Shown here one piece after another: positions 31,801 through 37,874 of a stretch of DNA of 37,874 nucleotides (positions within the stretch are counted from its first letter, which is position 1; the number at the start of each line of letters is the position of its first letter). Both the position numbers and the translations under genes were made by a program. A model generated the notes under the pieces. The model saw only the letters and a list, made by a program, of their open reading frames with translations. It was not told the origin of the DNA and did not search any database. The DNA is taken from contig JBIKLI010000003.1 in assembly GCA_044359885.1 (NCBI GenBank), forward strand, positions 1 to 37,874, in the 5' to 3' direction. This DNA is from Alphaproteobacteria bacterium (GTDB lineage Bacteria > Pseudomonadota > Alphaproteobacteria > CACIAM-22H2).

Positions 31801-33116
31801 GGCCGCACCTCGACGGCGCGGAAGCCGACCGCCGCGCGCGGCAGGAAGGCCGACGCGACCCCGACGATCTCGCGCAGGTATTTGCGCGCGCCGCCGCCCC
31901 CTGCGGGCCCGTTGCAGTAGAGCGCCTCGACCTCCTCGCCGACGCGTTGCGCCAGCGCGGCGACGCCGGTGCGCGCGGCGACGCGCAGCCGCACCTCGTA
32001 GGCCTCGGGCCGGTTGCCGTAGGACCGGCCATGGGTCGAGTCGATTCCGATCAGGTCGGTGCGGATCTCCGCATAGCCGCCGCCCAGCCGCGCCACCACG
32101 ATCTCGCCGGCCAGCCGCGCGCGGGCCTCGGCCCCCGGCCCCGCATAGGAGATCTCGCCCTCGCCGACGAAGCCGGCACGGTAGCCGACGCTGATCTTCA
32201 GCCGGTCCGGCCGCTTCGCGCCCTCGCCGCCGGTCAGCTCGACCCGGTCCCCGCCAAGGTCGCGCAGCGCGATGCGGGTGAAGTCGGCCGAGGCATCGGG
32301 CGTCAGGTAGGCCGCCGGATCCAGAACCTCGTAGAGCAGCTGCTCCTTCGCGGTGCGCAGGTCGAGACGGCCGCCGGAACCGTCGGGCTTGCCGAACACG
32401 GCGCGGCCATCGGGCCAGACATCGACGAAGGGAAAGCCCAGCCGCGCGAGATCGGGCACGTCCTTGCGGCCGGGATCGGCGAAATAGCCGCCGGTCAGCT
32501 GGCCGGCGCATTCCAGCAGATGACCGATCGCGGTGCCGCGCGCCATCAGCCGCTGGTCGTCCGCCGCCCATCCGTGGCGATGCATCAGCGGCGCCAGCGC
32601 CAGCGACGGATCGGCGACGCGCCCGGCGATCACGATGTCCGCGCCCAGACGCAAGCCCGCGAGCAGCGCTTCGGCACCAAGATAGGCGTTCGCCGACACG
32701 ACCTCGCCGAGATCGCCCACGCGCCGGCCGTCGTCGAGTTCCAGACCGGGCGACAGCCGGTCCAGCACGTCGTCGCCCAGCACCGCCGCGATCCGTGGCG
32801 CAAGACCCAGCCGCGCGGCCAGCGCCGCGACCGCCTGTGCCCCGGCCAGCGGATTGGCGGCACCGGCATTGGTCAGCAGCCCGACGCCGCGCGCGCAAAG
32901 CGCCGGCAGCAGCATCTCCATGCGCCGCAGCAGCATGCCGTCGAAGCCGCGCGCCGGGTCGGCCAGCCGCTCGCGCTGGGCGATCGCGATCGTGCGCTCG
33001 GCGAGGCATTCGAGGATCAGGTAGTCGAGGGCCGCGCGCTCGACGAGTTCCAGCGCCGGCTCCAGCCGGTCGCCCGCGAAGCCGGCGCCGCAGCCGATCC
33101 TGACCGGCCGGGTCAT
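31797..33116 (-). CDS. Acyclic terpene utilisation AtuA family protein (DUF1446)
   Basis: RIGCGAGFAGDR, ECLAERT, SANAYLGA, GRVADPSL, GHLLECAGQLTGGYFADPG and EQLLYEV.DP..YLTPD. AGGAGG RBS. Confidence 0.92.
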   Translation of the reverse strand: MTRPVRIGCGAGFAGDRLEPALELVERAALDYLILECLAERTIAIAQRERLADPARGFDGMLLRRMEMLLPALCARGVGLLTNAGAANPLAGAQAVAALAARLGLAPRIAAVLGDDVLDRLSPGLELDDGRRVGDLGEVVSANAYLGAEALLAGLRLGADIVIAGRVADPSLALAPLMHRHGWAADDQRLMARGTAIGHLLECAGQLTGGYFADPGRKDVPDLARLGFPFVDVWPDGRAVFGKPDGSGGRLDLRTAKEQLLYEVLDPAAYLTPDASADFTRIALRDLGGDRVELTGGEGAKRPDRLKISVGYRAGFVGEGEISYAGPGAEARARLAGEIVVARLGGGYAEIRTDLIGIDSTHGRSYGNRPEAYEVRLRVAARTGVAALAQRVGEEVEALYCNGPAGGGGARKYLREIVGVASAFLPRAAVGFRAVEVRP

Positions 33117-33235
33117 CCTCCTGCCGCTTTCGTCGCCGGGCCGTCCGCCGCCACGCCGCTCCTCCCGCGAATGCCGGGTTCCAGTCTAGAGTCGCTCCGT
33201 TCCCCGCGCGAGCCGCGCGACCCTTCGCCAGACGC

Positions 33236-34432
33236 ATGACCCCAATGTCCGCGCCTCCGCGCCCGCCCCGCTTCTGGATCGTCGTCGCGATCTCGGTCCT
33301 GGGTCCCTTCTCGCTTCATGTGGTCATTCCCGCGATGAACCCGATCGCGGCCGCGTTCGGCACCGAGCCGGCCGAGGCGCAGGCGACGCTGACCGTCTAT
33401 CTGATCGGCATCGCGTTCGGCCAGCTGGCCTGGGGTCCGGTCTCCGACCGTTTCGGCCGCCGGCCGGTCGTGCTGGCCGGCATCGCGCTCTTCCTCGTCG
33501 CCTCGCTCGGCTGCGCGCTGGCGCAGTCGCTCGACATGATGCTGGCGGCACGCCTGCTTCAGGGCGCGACCGGCAGCGCCGGCCAGGTCCTGGGCCGGGC
33601 CATCATCCGCGACTGCTTTCCGCGCGACCGTGCCGCCAGCCTGATGGGCTATGCGACGATGGCGATGTCGTGCTGCGCATCCTTCTCGCCGCTGGCAAGC
33701 GCGATCGTCCAGGATCTCGCCGGCTGGCGCGCCGGGTTCCTTGGTCTTGCGGGCGCGGCCGCGATCGTCCTCGCCTGCACCTGGCGCAGCCTCGGCGAGA
33801 CGAAGCTCGACCGCCTCGACGGGCAGGGCCCGCTGCGCCTGCTGGGCAACTATGTCGTGCTGCTGCGCTCGCGGGCCTTCCTCGCCTATGCCCTGTCGAC
33901 CGCCTTCGCCAACGCCGCGTGGTATGCGTTCGTCGCCGGCGCGCCCCATGTCCTGGTCTCGATCCTCGGGCTGCCCCCGATCGCCTATGGCCAGTATGTC
34001 CTGATCGTGCTGGCAGGCTACATCGTCGGCAGCTTCTTCGCCGGCAGGCTGTCGATGCGCCTGGGCGGGGCGCGCATGATCGCCATCGGCCAGGCGCTGG
34101 CGCTGGCCGGCGCCGCGGCGCAGGTCGCTGTCCATGCCGCCGGGATCCTCACCCCGCTGGCGCTGTTCCTGCCGATGACGCTCGTCGTCTTCGCCTCGGG
34201 CCTCTTCCTGCCCAACACCAATGCGGGCGCGCTCAGCGTCCATCCGCAGATCGCGGGCTCGGCCGCCGGCCTCACCGGTTTCCTGCAGATGGGCCTCGGC
34301 GCCGTGACCACGGTCGCGATCGCCGGCGCGATGGACATGTCGGACGCGCCGCTGGTCGCGACCATCGCGGCGACGTCGCTGCTCTCCGCGCTCTCGCTCC
34401 TGCTGCTGCCGCGCGAGCGAGGCCGCGCCTAG
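33236..34432 (+). CDS. Bcr/CflA-type MFS efflux transporter
   Basis: Motif A GPVSDRFGRRPV, ARLLQG, RAIIRD and GWR; about 12 TM segments. Confidence 0.9.
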   Translation: MTPMSAPPRPPRFWIVVAISVLGPFSLHVVIPAMNPIAAAFGTEPAEAQATLTVYLIGIAFGQLAWGPVSDRFGRRPVVLAGIALFLVASLGCALAQSLDMMLAARLLQGATGSAGQVLGRAIIRDCFPRDRAASLMGYATMAMSCCASFSPLASAIVQDLAGWRAGFLGLAGAAAIVLACTWRSLGETKLDRLDGQGPLRLLGNYVVLLRSRAFLAYALSTAFANAAWYAFVAGAPHVLVSILGLPPIAYGQYVLIVLAGYIVGSFFAGRLSMRLGGARMIAIGQALALAGAAAQVAVHAAGILTPLALFLPMTLVVFASGLFLPNTNAGALSVHPQIAGSAAGLTGFLQMGLGAVTTVAIAGAMDMSDAPLVATIAATSLLSALSLLLLPRERGRA

Positions 34433-34500
34433 ATCCCGGCCCGGAAGTGGTCGCATCCGCCGCCGTCGCGCGCTTGCGTGGTGACCTGAGGCGCCGACAA

Positions 34501-34537
34501 GATCCTGCGTCGCGCGCGGGGCGCGCGTCGCGGGACC
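34501..34537. terminator. GC-rich hairpin between convergent MFS and PhyH genes
   Basis: 17-nt arms around a GGG loop, with one G-U pair and two mismatches. No U-tract. Confidence 0.35.
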
Positions 34538-34539
34538 CG

Positions 34540-35307
34540 CTAGAGCCGGACGCGGAAATCGTTGCGGCCGCTGAGGTCGCGGCCGCGCATCAGATAGACG
34601 GTGCGCTGCGAATGGTTGGCGCCCAGATGCTTTTCGCGGAACATCGAATCGGCGAGTTCGCGGTCGAAGACCGAGCTGGTCGGCATGAAGCGCAGCGTCA
34701 TGCCGCGGCGGGGACGCGGCGAGCGGTTGGGCTCCGAGCCGTGGATCAGATAGACGTCGTGCAGCGAGACCTGGCCGGTCTCGAGCACGATGTCGGCCGC
34801 ATCGGCCTCGTCGTACTCGGCGCGGTCGAGCTCCTGGTTGAGCGCGAGGCCCGGACCGTCGTTGCGGTTGTGGCGGAACAGCGACTTGCGGCGATGCGAG
34901 CCGCGGATCACGCGCAGGCAGCCATTCTCCGGCGTCGAGTCGTCGCAGGCGATCCACACCGTGCAGGTGGACAGCGGCCGGATCGGCCAGTACTCGCCGT
35001 CCTGGTGCCAGGGCGTGCGCGAGCCCTTGAAGGCGGGCTTGGCGAAGAAGCTGGAATTCCACAGCGCGAAATCCGGACCGATCACCTGCTCGACCATGTC
35101 GAGGATGCCGGGATCGCGCGCCCAGTTGAGGAACGACGTGTCGTGGGCCAGCACCATCGGACAGTAATCGGCGAATTGCGGCAGCTTCGCCACCAGCCGC
35201 GCATGCGCGGCGCGGATCTCCTCGATCGTCGACAGCGGCAGGCGGAAACCGGCCGGCACGACATAGCCATGGGTCTGGTAGTGCTCGATCTCCTGGGGCG
35301 TCAGCAT
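34540..35307 (-). CDS. PhyH-family Fe(II)/2-oxoglutarate dioxygenase
   Basis: MLTPQEIEHYQTHGY, PWHQDGEYW (HxD), ENGCLRVIRGSH, distal IHGS and 2OG-binding RR. Confidence 0.92.
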   Translation of the reverse strand: MLTPQEIEHYQTHGYVVPAGFRLPLSTIEEIRAAHARLVAKLPQFADYCPMVLAHDTSFLNWARDPGILDMVEQVIGPDFALWNSSFFAKPAFKGSRTPWHQDGEYWPIRPLSTCTVWIACDDSTPENGCLRVIRGSHRRKSLFRHNRNDGPGLALNQELDRAEYDEADAADIVLETGQVSLHDVYLIHGSEPNRSPRPRRGMTLRFMPTSSVFDRELADSMFREKHLGANHSQRTVYLMRGRDLSGRNDFRVRL

Positions 35308-35409
35308 GGCGGTCCCTCGTCCTGCGGCTTGGCTCCGGGCAGCATCCGGGACGGCGGATCGGGATGCAAGATCGTTCCGCTGCCGGACGGGCCTGCTAGG
35401 CTGCCGGCC

Positions 35410-36288
35410 ATGAGCCTGCACCAGGACCTCGCCCGCATCGCCGCGTTGCCCTGCTGGAGCGGTGCGCCGCGCGCCGAGCCGCTGGCCGGCGGCATGACCA
35501 ACCGCAACTATCTGGTCCGCGACGCGCGAGGCGCGCATGTCGTGCGCTTCGGCGCGGATGCGCCGCACCACATGGTGCTGCGCTGGCACGAACTGGCGGT
35601 CGCGCGCGCCGCCCATGCCGCCGGCCTGTCGCCGGCGATCCGCCATGCCGAGCCCGGGCTGATGGTCATGGACCATGTCGACGGACGCAGCCTGACGGCG
35701 GCGGAGATCGCCGATCCGGCGCGGCTGCCCGCGATCGCCGCCCTGCTGCGGCGCTGCCACCATGATCTGCCGCGGCATCTGGCGGGACCCGCCCTCGCCT
35801 TCTGGCCGTTCCAGGTGGTGCGCAGCTACATCGCCGGCCTGCGCGCCGATCGCTCGCCCTGGAGCGACAGGCTGGACGGCTTCGCGGCCCTCGCCGGCCG
35901 GCTGGAGGACGGGTTGGCGCCGATGCCCTTCGTCTTCGGCCACAACGACCTGCTCGCCGCCAACCTGATCGACGACGGGCGGCGGCTCTGGCTGATCGAC
36001 TGGGACTATGCCGGCTTCGGATCGCCGCTCTTCGACCTCGCGAACCTGGCGAGCAACAACGCGCTCGGCGCGCCGGCCCAGACGGCGCTGCTCGCCGCCT
36101 ATTTCGGCGCCCCGCCCGGTGCGGCGATACGCCGTGACATGGCGGCGATGCGCGTGGTCTCGGCGCTGCGCGAGGCGCTGTGGAGCATGACGAGCGAGCG
36201 CCATCCGGCGGTCGAGTTCGACTACGCCGCCTATACGCGCGCGGCGCTCGACCGGCTGGACGCGGAGCTCGCCGCGCTGGAGACCTGA
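35410..36288 (+). CDS. Choline/ethanolamine kinase-like phosphotransferase (APH superfamily)
   Basis: GGMTNRNY, Brenner motif HNDLLAAN and LIDWDYAG. Confidence 0.88.
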   Translation: MSLHQDLARIAALPCWSGAPRAEPLAGGMTNRNYLVRDARGAHVVRFGADAPHHMVLRWHELAVARAAHAAGLSPAIRHAEPGLMVMDHVDGRSLTAAEIADPARLPAIAALLRRCHHDLPRHLAGPALAFWPFQVVRSYIAGLRADRSPWSDRLDGFAALAGRLEDGLAPMPFVFGHNDLLAANLIDDGRRLWLIDWDYAGFGSPLFDLANLASNNALGAPAQTALLAAYFGAPPGAAIRRDMAAMRVVSALREALWSMTSERHPAVEFDYAAYTRAALDRLDAELAALET

Positions 36289-36295
36289 CGCCGGC

Positions 36296-37183
36296 TCAGT
36301 CCCAGTCGTCGACCGGCACCACCGGCGTGCCGCGGCCCGCCGGCCACGGGGTCTCGCCACCCGCCGCCAGCACGCCATGCGCCACCGTACAGCCGGCGTA
36401 ATTGCCCTCGGCGTCGCGATAGAGGCGCCGATGCGTGGCGAGATCGGTCCAGACCGTGCCGGTCTGGTTGAAATGGAACTGCACCGCCCGGCGGCGCATG
36501 TCGGAATCGTTCGGCGCCGTGTAGTGATGCAGATAGGGATGGAAGATCAGCGCGTCGCCCGGCTCCATCTCGACATACTGGCGGTCCGCCAGGCGCAGCC
36601 GGTCGGGGCGGATGGTGCAGAGATTGATGTCCTCATGCGCGACATGCTCGGCCGGGCCATCCGCATGCGAACGCGGGATCACCTGCATGCACCCGTTCTC
36701 GCGCCGCGCCGGATCGAGCGCGATCCACACGCCGACGACGAGCCCCGGGTCGCGGACACGGAAATAGGCGGCGTCCTGGTGCCACGGCTTCGCGCCGCCG
36801 ACGCGCGGCGGCTTGATCAGCGCCATGTCCTGCAGCACTTCGCGACCTTCGCCCAGCAGCTGGTCGAGGATCGCGTGCAGGCGCCTGGACATCGCGATCG
36901 CCCGCAATGGGTCGGAGTCGTCGATGTAGTGGGAGAACTTGCGGATGGCGCCCTCGCGTTCCGCGGCCGGGATGCGCGACGCATCGATCCCCGGCTCGAA
37001 GGCGATCTGCGTGGCGCGGACCGGGATCCGGCCGCTGGCCAGGCCCGAGATCGCATCGAGCGCGGCGGCGACCAGCCGCGGGGCGATCAGGCCGCGGAGC
37101 AGCACGTAGCCTTCGCGCCGATAGGCGGCGATCCCGTCGGCCCCCAGCATTCCCGCGCCACGCGCGACATCGGTTCCGTCCAT
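36296..37183 (-). CDS. PhyH-family Fe(II)/2-oxoglutarate dioxygenase
   Basis: KPWHQDAAYF, ENGCMQVIPRSH, LHHYT and RRRAVQ. GGAGGAGG RBS upstream of 37183. Confidence 0.9.
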   Translation of the reverse strand: MDGTDVARGAGMLGADGIAAYRREGYVLLRGLIAPRLVAAALDAISGLASGRIPVRATQIAFEPGIDASRIPAAEREGAIRKFSHYIDDSDPLRAIAMSRRLHAILDQLLGEGREVLQDMALIKPPRVGGAKPWHQDAAYFRVRDPGLVVGVWIALDPARRENGCMQVIPRSHADGPAEHVAHEDINLCTIRPDRLRLADRQYVEMEPGDALIFHPYLHHYTAPNDSDMRRRAVQFHFNQTGTVWTDLATHRRLYRDAEGNYAGCTVAHGVLAAGGETPWPAGRGTPVVPVDDWD

Positions 37184-37273
37184 GTCCCGTCCTCCTCCGC
37201 CTCGCCTTTCGTGCCGATGCCCGGGCCCGGTACCGGACCCGCGACCATCGCCTGCACCCGGTCAATGGACGCT

Positions 37274-37383
37274 TCATTCGATACAAAAGTCAATGAGGCC
37301 GCTGCGACTCACGCGAAAATCCAATGATTTCATATTTATCCGGGGCCGCGCCCGATACGCGATCCACGAAATGTATCGATTGA
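37274..37383. promoter_or_regulatory. Two oppositely oriented copies of WTGTATCGAWTGA; candidate GntR operators
   Basis: 37274-37286 on the minus strand reads TTGTATCGAATGA; 37371-37383 on the plus strand reads ATGTATCGATTGA (11/13 identical). Lies in an AT-rich divergent promoter region. Confidence 0.5.
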
Positions 37384-37453
37384 TTGGCTGTCCGGCGTCG
37401 CCGGGCGGTCGAAGCTTCTGGCAAACCCGCGGGGTTCGGACATACTCGCGCCG

Positions 37454-37874
37454 ATGTCACCGTCGATCCAGGACCGCATCGTCGACCATGTCCGGCTGCT
37501 CGTCGCCCGGGCCGCCCCGGGAACGCGGCTGCCGACGGTGCGACGGCTGATCGCCGAATTCGGCGTCAGCCAGCACATCGTCCAGGCCGCCTTCGAGACG
37601 CTGCGCCGCGAAGGCCTGATCTCGAGCCATGTCGGCAAGGGCACATTCGTCGGCGGCGCGGGCCCTGCGCGGACCACTTCGCGCCGCGTACTGACCCTGC
37701 TCTGCCAGCACCCCTATCAGCGCGGCGACGTGATCGCCCGCCTGATCCGTCAGGGACTGGCCCTCGACGGCCACGAATCGCTGACCCTGACCTACAGCGA
37801 CGCCAGGCATGTGATGGAATTGCTGCGATCCGACGCACGCTACGACGCGGCGATCCTGCAGCCCCGCTCCTCCA
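37454..37874 (+). CDS. GntR-family transcriptional regulator (partial; wHTH plus probable periplasmic-binding-protein-like effector domain)
   Basis: Translated by hand: MSPSIQDRIVDHVR...PGTRLPTVRRLIAEFGVSQHIVQAAFETLRREGLISSHVGKGTFV. Truncated by the window end. Confidence 0.88.
   Translation, partial: MSPSIQDRIVDHVRLLVARAAPGTRLPTVRRLIAEFGVSQHIVQAAFETLRREGLISSHVGKGTFVGGAGPARTTSRRVLTLLCQHPYQRGDVIARLIRQGLALDGHESLTLTYSDARHVMELLRSDARYDAAILQPRSS

Noticed and set aside
33670-36378. 872-aa and 612-aa ORFs implying large kinase or dioxygenase fusions
   Set aside because: The N-terminal extensions are shadow frames over neighbouring genes. The real starts are 35410 (+) and 35307 (-).

Overview
A high-GC, gene-dense chromosomal segment, most likely from an alphaproteobacterium (judged from gene content and composition only). 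About 30 real CDSs can be separated from many antisense shadow ORFs. From left to right: (1) an ActP/VC_2705-type Na+/solute symporter with its DUF4212 partner, beside a signalling locus made of a CBS+DUF294 nucleotidyltransferase, an SLC5-STAC histidine kinase, a small membrane protein, a His-less PAS/pseudokinase fused to an intact DEDDh exonuclease, and a receiver-only response regulator; (2) uvrB, with a divergent BCAM0308-family gene preceded by a Fnr/FixK-type palindrome; (3) a 2358-aa RTX-type subtilisin (S8) mosaic with PPC, Calx-beta, SwmB-like and dockerin-like modules; (4) DUF3429, an orphan Fe3+ ABC permease and a phnD-phnD-phnC-phnE-phnE-like ABC transporter whose two binding proteins both end in poly-Gln tails; (5) a seven-gene co-oriented catabolic-looking cluster (AtuA pair, serine hydrolase, DMT, NTF2-like, class II aldolase, CnbZ-like); (6) a Bcr/CflA MFS, two PhyH dioxygenases, a choline-kinase-like enzyme and a partial GntR regulator. 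No rRNA, tRNA, CRISPR array or transposase was seen. The best candidate for an uncharacterised system is the nucleotidyltransferase / pseudokinase-exonuclease / transporter-kinase module at about 2.3-9.8 kb. All family calls come from motif recognition by eye; no database search was run.
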